Position numbers and translations under genes: made by a program
The notes under the pieces: generated by a model
The model's database searches: none
What the model was told of the DNA's origin: nothing
What the model saw: only the letters and a program-made list of their open reading frames with translations
Shown here: positions 1 through 10,528 of the stretch, piece after piece
Layout of the letters: each line of letters opens with the position of its first letter
How positions within the stretch are numbered: position 1 is the stretch's first letter
Origin: Squalus acanthias
Taxonomy: Eukaryota
DNA: 64,000 nucleotides
Assembly: GCA_030390025.1 (NCBI GenBank)
Contig: JASTWF010000033.1
Coordinates: 622,001-686,000 of the forward strand
Reading direction: 5' to 3'

Positions 1-870
1 AGGGAGGGAGTTCCAGGAGTTTGACCCAGCGATGATTAAGGAAAGGCTATAAATTTCCAAGTCATGATGATATGTGACTTGGGGAGGAAGTTGGAGGTGA
101 CGGGGATCCCATGTGCCTGCTGCCCTTATCCTTCTAGGTGGAAGAGGTCGCAGGTTTGGGAGGTACTGCCGAAGAAGCCTTGGCGAGTTGCTGCAGTGCA
201 TCTTGTAGATGGCACTCACTGCAGCCACGGTACGCATGTGGTGGAGCGATTGAATGTTGAAGGTGGTGGATGGGATGCAAGTCAAGCGGGCTGCTTTGTC
301 CTGGATGGTGTAGAGCTTCTTCAGTGTTTTTTGAGCTGCACTCACCCAGGCATTGAAGAGTGTTTCATCCAACTCCTAACTTATGCCTTGTAGAAGGTGG
401 AAAGGCTTTTGTAAGTCAGGAGGTGAGGCACTTGCTCCAGAATACCCAGCCTCTGATTGCCTTTTTAGCCACAATGTTTACGCGGCTGATCCAGTTAAGT
501 TTCTGGTCAATGGTGACCACCAGGATGTTGCTGGTGGAGGATTCGGCGATGTTAATGCCATTGAATGTAAAGGGGCGGTGGTTAGACTCTCTCTTGTTGG
601 AGATAGTCATTGCCTGCCACTTCTGTGGTGCTAATGTTACTTGTCACTTTTCACCCAAAGCCTGACTATTGTCCAGGTCTTGCTGCATGCGGGCATGGGC
701 TGCTTCATTATCTGATGAATTGCGAATGGAAATGAACACTGTCCAATCATCAGCGAAACATCCCCACGTCTGTTGTTATGATGGAGGGAAAGTCACTGAT
801 GAAGCAGCAGAAGTTGTTTGGGCCTAGGACACTGCCGTGTTCTGGGGCAGTGATGATTGGCGTCCAACAT
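1..870 (-). mobile_element. LINE fragment (RT/C-terminal region), Zenon-like CR1-group family; same family as 1745-2545 and 58268-60905
   Basis: Minus-strand ORF 416-610 (MTISNKRESNHRPFTFNGINIAESSTSNILVVTIDQKLNW) matches the translation of 60790-60900 and 1790-1930. Degraded. Confidence 0.8.
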
Positions 871-879
871 AGTCACTGT

Positions 880-1000
880 CACACACGCACACACCCTCAC
901 AGCATCTCACAGATATAGATGCACAGACACAGGCACAGACACACGCACACTCGCACGCACACACATAGAGTCACAAAGACAGACAGGCACAGACACACAT
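880..1000. repeat. Imperfect (CA)n/(CAGA)n microsatellite; similar tracts at 1665-1725 and 2550-2625
   Basis: Direct inspection. Confidence 0.85.
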
Positions 1001-1014
1001 GGCTGAACATAAAC

Positions 1015-1662
1015 ACCCACCCTGGGTTGGAGACTGGTCAGCAGTTAAAATTTTAAAAAATCTGAAACTGATCCCGATCCCGCCTCCAACCCACCCACTT
1101 CTGTGTTTAACGGAGATGGGACAAGGCGGTGAGTCAACCCACTCCCAGGAGACGGGTTGGCAATTTAAATATATTAATGAGGCTGGCAGCCTCTGTTGTA
1201 ACCTACGTTGCAGGTTTTATATGTGGCTGGCCGGGTTTCCCAGGCCTCGGTAGACACAGCAGCTGCAGCAGGCGAGGAGAGTTTCGGACAGTTAAATGCC
1301 TTTACAGCACTGCTTGTGGGCCAAGAGGAGCAGGAGTGCTTCCCCGGAGCCCAGCCAGGACAACCATCAGACCCCCATAAAAGACCCACGAGATCTGACA
1401 CCCCCGGGGTCTGGAATCAAAACGCCCTCAGCGATCGAACTACCCCCAGCCTGGTCCTAGCTGCTCCTGTGGCCTGCGACAGAGTCCTCCTCGCCCAACT
1501 GCAAGCAAATTAGATCAATCAGGCTAACTTATGGTGGGGAATCTATCAAATACAAAAAACTCACGCTGTGGAGTTAAAACACAACAGCATGCTGGGAAAC
1601 CCGGACTTCCGCACCAATACTCTGCCCCGCGATATTTAACCAACCTCTGTTAATATCCAGGT
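1015..1662. mobile_element. Probable non-autonomous DNA element (MITE-like) interrupting the CA tract
   Basis: GC-rich non-coding block flanked on both sides by the same CA-rich microsatellite. Right end TTAATATCCAGG resembles other MITE termini here. TIR pair not cleanly resolved. Confidence 0.4.
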
Positions 1663-1744
1663 TACAGAGACACGCACAGACACAGGCACACACAGACACC
1701 CACACACACACATACATTCACAGACAAAAGCGCATGTGTCAAGC

Positions 1745-2545
1745 CTGGAATGACAGGTGGCAAGTAAATTCGTGTCACACAAGTGCCCGGCAATGGTCAT
1801 CTTCAACAGCAGAGTCTAACCATCTTCGCATGACATTCAATGGCATAACCTTTGCCAAATCCCGCACCTTCAAAATCTTAGTGTCAGCATTGAGCAGAAC
1901 CTCTACTGAATAAGCCATATAAGTGCCGTGGCTACTAGAGCAGGATATAAACTAGGTACTCTGCGGCGAGTGCCTCAACTCCTTACTCCGCAAGGTTGCA
2001 CACGATCTACAAAACATAAGTCAGGAGCGTGTTGCAATTCTCTCAACTTTCCGGAATGGATGTAGCTCCAAAAACGCTCATTAAGCTCGAAACTGTCCAG
2101 GTCAAAGTCGTCCACTTGACCGGCACCCCTTACATTGGTATATACATGAACTCCCTCCACCACCAGACCACCGTGCCTGCAGTGTGTACTATCCACAGGA
2201 TGCACTGCAGCAGGTCGCCAATGTATCTTCAGAAGAACCTCCTGCACCCGCGACCTCTACCACCTGGAAGGACCGGGGCAGAGGCGCATGGGAACATCAT
2301 CTCCTCCAAATCACCCTTTAAGTTACTTGCCATGCAAAAATGGACATATCTCGCTATTCCTTCATTGTCTCTGGGATAAAATCCTGGAACTTCCTATCTA
2401 ACATAATTGTAGGAGCATCTTCACCGCAAGAACCGCAGCAATTCAACATGGTAGCTAACCACCACCTTCTCAAGGAATCAAGCGCTGGAAATAAATTTCG
2501 GCCTTTCTAGCGAAGCCTAATCCCGAGAATGAGAAAATAAAAATA
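1745..2545 (+). mobile_element. 3' end of Zenon-like LINE (ORF2 C-terminus plus 3' tail)
   Basis: ORF 2029-2379 (..SLHHQTTVPAVCTIHRMHCS..) followed by the tail CACCACCTTCTCAAGG..AATAAA..A-rich end, shared with the SINE at 45985-46417. Confidence 0.8.
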
Positions 2546-2974
2546 ATCACCCACAGACATACAGACACATACAGAGACGAACACAGATACACACACACTC
2601 ACACACACAGTCGCAAACACACAAACAGCTTTGCTAACAAATGAAGGTGTTTGCAGTAGGCTATTATCTGATAAAGAGAAGGCCATTCTGATGTAGAGTC
2701 TCTCTGCCACTGTCTCTATTTCTACCTCCTTCGGTATCTCTGTCTATCTCTGCGTTGCAGCCTTTCTTTTGTCTTCAACTGTCGCAACCTTTTTACGATA
2801 ATTCAGCATCGGAACACTGCCCTATGCATTATTTTAACTCCGCTCCATGAATCCGCGTTACACTTAAATCCAGTGTCATCACCAGCTTCAAGCTAAGCTC
2901 ATTGTCCAGAAGATGTAAAACCTTAAATCCCTCAGCTCTCTCCATCTTTTAGTTGCCATCCTTGGTTTACGCTC

Positions 2975-3210
2975 GTAGGTTCAAATCCCGCTCCATTGAC
3001 TTGAGCACCAATTCCAGGCTGGCAATTCTGGGCCCGACTGAGGAAGTGCTGCCCTGTCAGAGGTGACTTATTTCAGATAAAACGTTAAACAGAGTATCGT
3101 CTGCCCTCCCAGGTGTTCTATTTTGAGGAAAAACAGGAGAATTTCCCCGGTGCCCTGGTTAATATTTATCCCTCAACCAACATCGCTTAACCAGATTATC
3201 TGTTCACTAA
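2975..3210 (+). mobile_element. Deu-domain SINE (SacSINE1/AmnSINE-like), 5' part
   Basis: B-box-like GGTTCAAATCC, then core similar to the reverse complement of 7765-8200 (AATATTTATCCCTCAACCAACATC). Confidence 0.7.
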
Positions 3211-3239
3211 CTAATTACGAATATACTTTCCCTTAAGGA

Positions 3240-6200
3240 ATAAAAAACCCACGGGTAAAGTGGTCCAATCATAGCTAAAGAGACGTTAAAGTAGTATTCG
3301 ATTAAAGGAAGAGGCTTGTAATGTTGCCAAAACGAATATTAAGGCTAAGGATTGGGAGGATATTGGAGTTCAGCAAAGGATGACCAGGAAATTAAAGGTG
3401 GGAAATATGGAGATGGCAAATACACCGAATGAATATTTAGTATCAATCATTACAGTAGAGGACACTAAGAATATCCCAACACTTGACAAACACGGGCCTA
3501 TGGGGGGGGGGGGGGGGGAGCTAAACACGATCAAAATCACTAAGGAAGTGGTACTCGGTAAAATAATGGGACTCAAGGCAGATAAATCACCTGGACCTGA
3601 TGGCTTACATCCTAGGGTCTTGAGGGAAGTGGCGGTAGGGATTGTGGATGCATTGGTAATAATTTTCAAAAACTCCCTGGACTCAGCAAAGATCCCGGCA
3701 GACTGGAAAACTGCTAATGTAACACCCTTACTTAAAAAGGGCAGTAGACAGAAAGCTGGAAACTATAGACCGGTTAGTCTAACATCTGTGGTAAGTAAAA
3801 TTTTGGAGTCCATTATTAAGGAGACAGTAACGGGACATTTGGATAATTATAATTTAATAGGACAAAGTCAGCATGGCTCTATGAAGGGGAAGTCATGTTT
3901 GACAAATTTGCTGGAGGTATTTGAGGAAGTAACATAGAGGGTGGATAAAGGGGAACCAGTGGATGTGGTGTATGTAGACTTCCAAAAGGCATTTGACAAG
4001 GTGCCACACAAAAGATTATTGCTTAAGATAAAAAATCAAGGGATTGCGGGTAATATTCTGGCATGGATGAAGGATTGGCTATCTAAGAGAAGGCAGAGAG
4101 TTGGGATAAATGGTTCATTCTCGGACTGGCAATCAGTAACTAGTGGTGTTCCGCAGGTGTCAGTGCTGGGTCCCCAACGCTTTACAATCTATATTAACGA
4201 TTTGCAGGAGGGGACCGAGTGTAACATATCAAAGTTTGCAGATGATACTAAGATGGGACGGAAAGTAATGAGTGAGGAGGACATAAAAAATCTGCAAGGG
4301 GACATAGACAGGCTAAGTAAGTGGGCAGATTTGGCAGATGGAATACAATACTGGAAAGTGTGAGGTTATGCACTTCGGCAGGAAAAATAGTAGAGCAAGT
4401 TATTATCTTAAAGGCAAGAAATTGAAAAGTACTGAAGTACAAAGGGATCTGGGGGTCCTGGTGCACGAAACTCAAAAGGTTAGTGTGCAGGTGCAGCAAG
4501 TGAGTAAGAAGGCCAATGGAATGTTGGCTTTCATAGGGATAGAATATAAAAATAGGGAGGTATTGCTTCAGTTGTACAAGGTATTGGTGAGACCGCACCT
4601 GGAATACTGCATACAGTTTTGGTGTCCATACTTAAGAAAATACATACTTGCTCAAGAGTCAGTGCAAAGAAGGTTCACTCGGTAAATCCCGGAGATGAGG
4701 GGATGGACATATGAGGAGAGGTTGAGTAGATTGGGACTCTACTCATTGGAGTTCAGAAGAATGAGAGGCGATCTTATTGAAACATATAAGATTGTGAAGG
4801 GGTTGGAATCGGGTGGATGCGGGGAGGATGTTCCCGATGATGGGTGAAAATAGAACTAGGGGGCATAGTCTTAGAATAAGGGGCTGCTCTTTCAAAACTG
4901 AGATGAGAAGGAACTACTTCACTCAGAGGGTGGTAGGTCCATGTAATCTGCTGTCCCAAAAAGCTGTAGAAGCTACATCATTACATAACATTAAAATAGA
5001 AATAGACAGTTTCCTCGAAGTAAAGGGAATTAAGGGTTACGGGGAGCGGACAGGAATTTAGACATGAGTCCAGGTTCGGATTGGTCATGGCCCTGTGGGT
5101 AACGCAGCGGGCCCAGGGGCCGTGTAGCCTGATCCTGCTCCTATTTCGTGTGTCCACTTCTGTTAGGTTCAGAAGATGGTTCTGTGATAGTAGTATGGCG
5201 GTTGGGATCAGATCAGCCAGGGTCTTATTGAATGGCGGTGCAGGCTCGAGGGGCCAATTGGCCTACTCCTACTCCTATTTCTTATGTTCTTATGTTCTTA
5301 TGTTCTTATGAAGTTGATAAAGAGAAGGAAAAGAGAATATGAGAGTAAACAAGCAAGGGACTTAAAAACAGATTGTAGAAGGATCTATAGGTATGTAAAA
5401 TGAAAGAGATTTGCGAAAGTAAACGTGGGCCCCTTACAGGCAAGACAGGATAAATAATGAAGCAGAATAACGATTAGGCAGAATAATTTAAAAATACTTT
5501 GTATCTATCATCATGGAGCAGGACACAGAAAACATTCCGGAAATAATGAGGAGCCAATTGTCTATGTGAGAATGAGGAATTTAAATAAATTATTATTAAT
5601 AAAGAAATAGTACCTGATAAATTAATTGGAGTAAAAGCCGGCAAATCCCCTTGACATAATGACCTACATCGGTGGCTTTTAAAAGAATTGGCTACAGACA
5701 TAGTGGAGGCATTGGTTTTGATTTTCCAAAATTCCATAGATTCTGGAATGGTTCCCACGGATTGGAAGGTAATAAAATAACCCCAATATTTAATCAAGGA
5801 TTGAGAGAGAAAACGGGGAACTAGAGATCAGATAGCCTGACATCAGTAGTAGGGAAAATGCTGGAATATATTATTGAAGACGTGGTAACAGGGCACTTAG
5901 AAAATAATAATGTGATTGGGCAGAGTCAACACGGACTTATGAAAGGGAAATGGTGTTTGACAAATCTGTGAGAGTTTTTTGAATTTGTAACTAGCAGAAT
6001 AGATAAGGGGGAGCCAGTGGATGTGGTGTATTTGGATTTTCAGAAGGCATTCGATAACGTGCCACCCAAGAGGTTGTAAACAAAATTAGGGCTCATGGGA
6101 TTGGGGGTAATATACTAGCATGGATTGAGGATTGCTAAACGGACAGAATACAGAGAGTAGGAATAATTTTCGGGTTGCCAGGCTTTAACTAGTGGGGTAT

Positions 6201-7216
6201 CGTATGGATCGGTGCTTGGGTCTCAGCTGTTCACAATCTACATCAATAATTTGTATGAGGGGACCAAATGCAATATATCGAAGTTTGCTGAGGATATAAA
6301 GCTGGGTGGGAATTTAAGTTCTGAGGAGGATGCAAGGAGGCTTCCAGGGGATATCGACAGGCTAAGTGAATGGGCTAGATCATGGCTAATGGAATTTTAT
6401 GTGGAACAATTTGAAGTTATCCACTTTGGTAGGAAAAATAGAAAATCAGAATTTTTTTTTAACTTTTGAGAGATTGGGAAATGTTGGTGTTCAGAGGGAC
6501 CTGGGCGTTCTTGTATACGAAACACTGAAAGTTAACATGCAGGTACAGCAAGCAATTAGGAAAGCAAATGGTATGTTGGCCTTTATTAACAGGATCTGAG
6601 TATCAGAGTAAAGACGTTTTACTGCAATTATGTAGGGCCCTGGAGAGACCACACCTGGAATCTTGTGTACAGTTATGGTCGCCTTACCTAAGGTAGGATA
6701 TACTTGTCACAGTGTGAGTGCAACGAAGTTTCACCAGACTGGTTCCTGGGATGGTGGAATTGTCCTATGAGGAGAGATTGACTAGACTAGGTCTATATTC
6801 TCTAGAGTTTAGAAGAATGAGAGGTGATCTCAATCAAACATACAACATTCTTACAGAGCTTGACAGGTTAGATGCAGGGAGGCTGTTTCCCTAGCTGCTG
6901 AGTCTAGAACCAGGGTTCACAGACTCAGAATAAGGTGTCGGCCACTTAGGACTGAGATGAGGAGAAATTTCTTCACTCAGTGGGTAGTTAATATTTTGAA
7001 TTCTCTACCCCAGAGGGCTGTGAAGGTTCAGTCGTTGAGTATATCCAGATAGAGAAAGATATATATTTGACTATTAAGGGAATCAAGGGATATGGGGATA
7101 CTGCAGGTAAGTGGAGATGAGGTAGAATATCAGCCATGATGTTATTGAATGGCTGAGCAGGCTCGAAGGGCCAAATAGCCTACTCCTGCTCCTATTTCTT
7201 ATGTTGTTATGTGCTT
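3240..7216 (+). mobile_element. Older CR1 LINE (ORF2 linker, RT, 3' UTR) interrupted by a younger CR1
   Basis: The CR1 ORF2 sequence breaks at ~3388 (..CAAAGGATGACCAGGAA) and resumes at ~5310 (GAAGTTGATAAAGAG..). Decayed RT motifs ([12 protein letters not shown]) and a TTCTTATG-type tail at ~7195-7216. Confidence 0.85.
3388..5310 (+). mobile_element. 5'-truncated younger CR1 LINE (subfamily A)
   Basis: ORFs 3380-3937, 3941-4363 and 4338-4685 carry [28 protein letters not shown] and KFADD. Ends in (TTCTTATG)n. Near-identical to 27620-29530. Confidence 0.95.
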
Positions 7217-8722
7217 ATGGTTTACGGACAGAAAACAGAGAGTAGGAATAAAATGTTCATTATCTGGTGGGCAGGCTGTACCTTTGAGGTTACCGGATGG
7301 ATCTGTTCTTGGGCCTCAGCTATTAACAATCTGCATCAATGACTTAGACGAGGGGACGGAGTGTAATGTATCCAATTTGTTTGCGATACATTGCTAGGTC
7401 GGTACGTAAGTGATGAGGTGGAAGCAATGTGGCTACAAAGGGATACAGACAGCTTAACTAACTTGCCAAGAAAACGACAGATGTAACATCAGGTGTAGAA
7501 ATGTGAATTATCCACTTTGGTAGGAAAATAGAAAATCAGAAATTTTTATGTAGTGTGGGAGATTGGGAAATGTTGATATTCAGAGGAACCTGGGTGTCCT
7601 TGTGCATTATTCACAGATAGTTAACGTGCAGGTACAGCGAACAATTGGGAAAGCAAATGGTATATTCCCCTTATTAGAAAGGATTGGAGTATAAGAGGAA
7701 ATACGTCTTACTGCAATTATGCCAGGCCTTGGTGAGACCACACCTGGAGTACTTGGTGCAGTTTTCAAAGAAACATAAAGAAAGACCTGCACTTCTATAG
7801 CTCCATCCGGCCACCGGATGTCCCAACGCGTTTTACAGCCAATGAAGTACTTTTTGAATTGTAGTTACTGTTGCAAAGCAAGCTCCCACAAACAGGAAGG
7901 TGATAATGCCCAGATATTTTTATATGTTAATTGGGGGATAAATCTTGGCTAGGTCATCGGAGATAACTCCCCTGCTGATCATCGAAATAGTGCCGTAGGA
8001 TATTTTAGTTTACCTGGGAGATTAGACGGGGTCTCGGTTTAACGTCTTATCTTAAATATGGCACCTCCGACAGCTCAGCGCTCCCTCAGTACTGCACTGA
8101 TGTGTCAGCCTAGATTCGGTGCTCACGTCTCTGGAGTGGGTGCAATGAACCCCCAACCTTCTGACTCAGAGGTAAGATTGATACCAACTGAGTCACAGCT
8201 GGCAATGTTTTGATCTTCTAACCTAAGGAAGGATACAGTTGCCTTAGAGAGAGTGCAACAAAGGTTCATTGCATTCATTCCTGGGATGGAGGAAATTGTC
8301 CCCTGAGGAGAGATTGCGTAGACTAGGACTGTATTCCCTAGAATTTAGAAGAATGAGACGTGATCCCATTGAAACATATAAAATACTTAATGGGCAAGAC
8401 AGAGTAGAAGCTGGGAGGTTGTTTCCCCTGGCTGGGGAGTCTAGAACTAGCGGGTCACAGTCTCAGAATAAGCGGTCGGCCATTATGGACTGAGTTGAGC
8501 AGACATTTCTTTTTTCAAAAGGTCGTGATTCTTTACAATTCTCTACCTCAGAGAGCTATGGATAGGTAGTCGTTGAATATATTCAAGGTAGAGATCGATA
8601 AATGTTTTGTGAATCATGGAGTCCATGAATATGGGCGGGAAGGTGGAGTTTAGGTAGAAGATCAGCCAGGATTTTATTGAGTGGCAGAGCTGGCTTGAAG
8701 GACCGAATGTTCTGACTCTGAT
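7217..8722 (+). mobile_element. Old CR1 LINE 3' part, interrupted by a SINE
   Basis: Degenerate RT/C-terminal motifs ([19 protein letters not shown]) and a decayed 3' UTR. Confidence 0.8.
7765..8200 (-). mobile_element. Deu-domain SINE, near full length
   Basis: Reverse complement gives a tRNA-like head (CTCTGAGTCAGAAGGTTGGGGGTTCA), Deu core and L2-like tail (..CATTGGCTGTAAAACGCGTTGGGACATCC..). Inserted in CR1. Confidence 0.85.
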
Positions 8723-8726
8723 TTCC

Positions 8727-8855
8727 GCTGTGCTCAAACTGGCTGCTGCGTTTCCGCTCATTACATCTGTTATTAATGTTCTTCATTGGCTGTGAAGCAC
8801 TTTCGGACGTCCTGAGGTCGTGAAATGCGCCATAAAATGGAAAGCCTTTCTTCCT
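8727..8855 (+). mobile_element. Deu-domain SINE, 3' tail; probable continuation of 2975-3210
   Basis: GCTGTGCTCAAACTGGCTGCTGCGTTTCC..CATTGGCTGTGAAGCACTTTCGGACGTCCTGAGG tail. Confidence 0.7.
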
Positions 8856-9106
8856 TTCAACTGTTGATTCTTTCTTTATATCTGTGATTGCTTCTTTCTG
8901 TATTTCTATATCTTCCTTCACACTCAACATACTTTAAAAAACTAATTGAACGTCACTGCTTATTATGTTGCCTTGTCTCCTTCCTTACTGTTTATAACCA
9001 ATGAGCAGTGCTCCAGAATCAGCGCATGCCCTGCACCCAGTTTTTTCAATTTATAATAGTAACAATAATAATCTTATAAACGGTGAAATATTTTCATTCC
9101 ATCAAG

Positions 9107-9212
9107 GAATTGTTAAGGGCGGATCTGCTCATCACTGGATCGGGATGACGGACGAGAAAAGCGAAGACACCTGGCAATGGGTGGATGGGACAGGCCAGCT
9201 CTCTGAACCTCA
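9107..9212 (+). pseudogene. Isolated C-type lectin domain exon (WIG..D...E..W.WVDG), probably frameshifted
   Basis: Translates ..VKGGSAHHWIGMTDEKSEDTWQWVDGTGQLSEP, the hallmark middle CTLD exon. Acceptor TTTTCATTCCATCAAG and donor GTGAGT at 9213. Length is 106 nt versus the 3n+2 expected for a phase 0-2 exon. Confidence 0.75.
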
Positions 9213-9266
9213 GTGAGTACCGAGAGGTGTGAGTGAATAGAGGGGATGCAGAACAATATTATAAGG

Positions 9267-10525
9267 TGTAGATCGAAAAATCCGCCAGAAGCTCGAACAG
9301 AGCCCTAAAGGGCGTGATTTTTGGACCTTACATACAAACTTGGGAGGATGGGACCTAAGTGAAGTGATTTGATGTAAAAACCTCAGTTTTGGAAAGATTA
9401 GGGAAGAAAAAACCCTGAGGAAACTGACTTTCGAATCTTACTGTTGGGAGATACACCTTTCACAGACACAAGACAAGCTGCGGAGGGGCGTGGCCAGGCA
9501 GTGAATAGATTTGGGTATTGGGGCCCAATCAAGCTGTCTGGGAATTGTTTACACGGCAAATCCTGCCAAGGTGGAAGAGACAAAGCAAAAACTCACACAC
9601 ACATCGAAATATGAATAATACAAGAACACCTTTTGAAATTCCCAGGCCCAAACAGGATACCAGAAGCCTGAAATCAATAAAACATTTAGTACTTCATCAA
9701 AAACCAATCAACCAGGTATCCACAGAACAGATTTAAAAGCCCGCCAAAAGACCTAGGACAATAGGGTTGAGATTTGGCGCGTAGATAAGGCTGTGTTTAA
9801 ATCGGAAAACGATCAGGACATGTTTAACACTGAGCTAAAGCCATCGGTACTGGCAAGCCCGCCAAAACTAGACAATGGACTAAGCAAGGTTCACTTGCAA
9901 CCTAAAGGAATCCGTTTTAGTAAGGGGAATTTTGGGTGTGAAATAGAAACGGTATAATTGAAAGCCTGTCCCATAACTTCTCTCTTTTTTCGGACTCGCT
10001 GACTACGCTGACACAGCTCTCTCCCTGCTCCAGCAAAAACCACCACAAGCCACGAGGAGGAAGGCCAGAAAACAGACCAGCACGCAAGAAGAAACCAGAG
10101 CGACTGCCTCAGTGACCATCAGACACCTCGCAGCAACAAGGGTCTTACGGAGTCTTTTAAACAAAAGACTCTAAAATCCTGTCAAGGATTCGTTGGTGAG
10201 CATTATCCCTGATCTTCTGAAACCAAAATCCTAGCTAGATAGTGGGATCTTTGGGATGGATAAGGTTTTGTTTGATATATTGCCATTCTCCTTCGCTTGT
10301 ACCGTGTGCTCCCCAATCTGTGTTTAAGTAATAAGTGTGTTTCAAATTTGTTACCTTTTTATTTTAATAAAGTAACATTCTTTCATCAGAGACCTGTTGT
10401 CTACTGCAATTTTGTTCACAACCCCTAAATAAGTCCAACATCTAGGAACAAGAGCGGTGTGCGAGCGATTCGAACCGCTCACTGAGTCAAAAAGCGAAGG
10501 CTGACCCCATTACCACCCACTTACA
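9267..10525 (+). repeat. 5' LTR (1259 bp, TGTA...TACA)
   Basis: Direct-repeat homology with 19985-21145. TG..CA termini, TATA-like TATAATT at ~9953, AATAAA at ~10366. Confidence 0.9.
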
Positions 10526-10528
10526 TAA

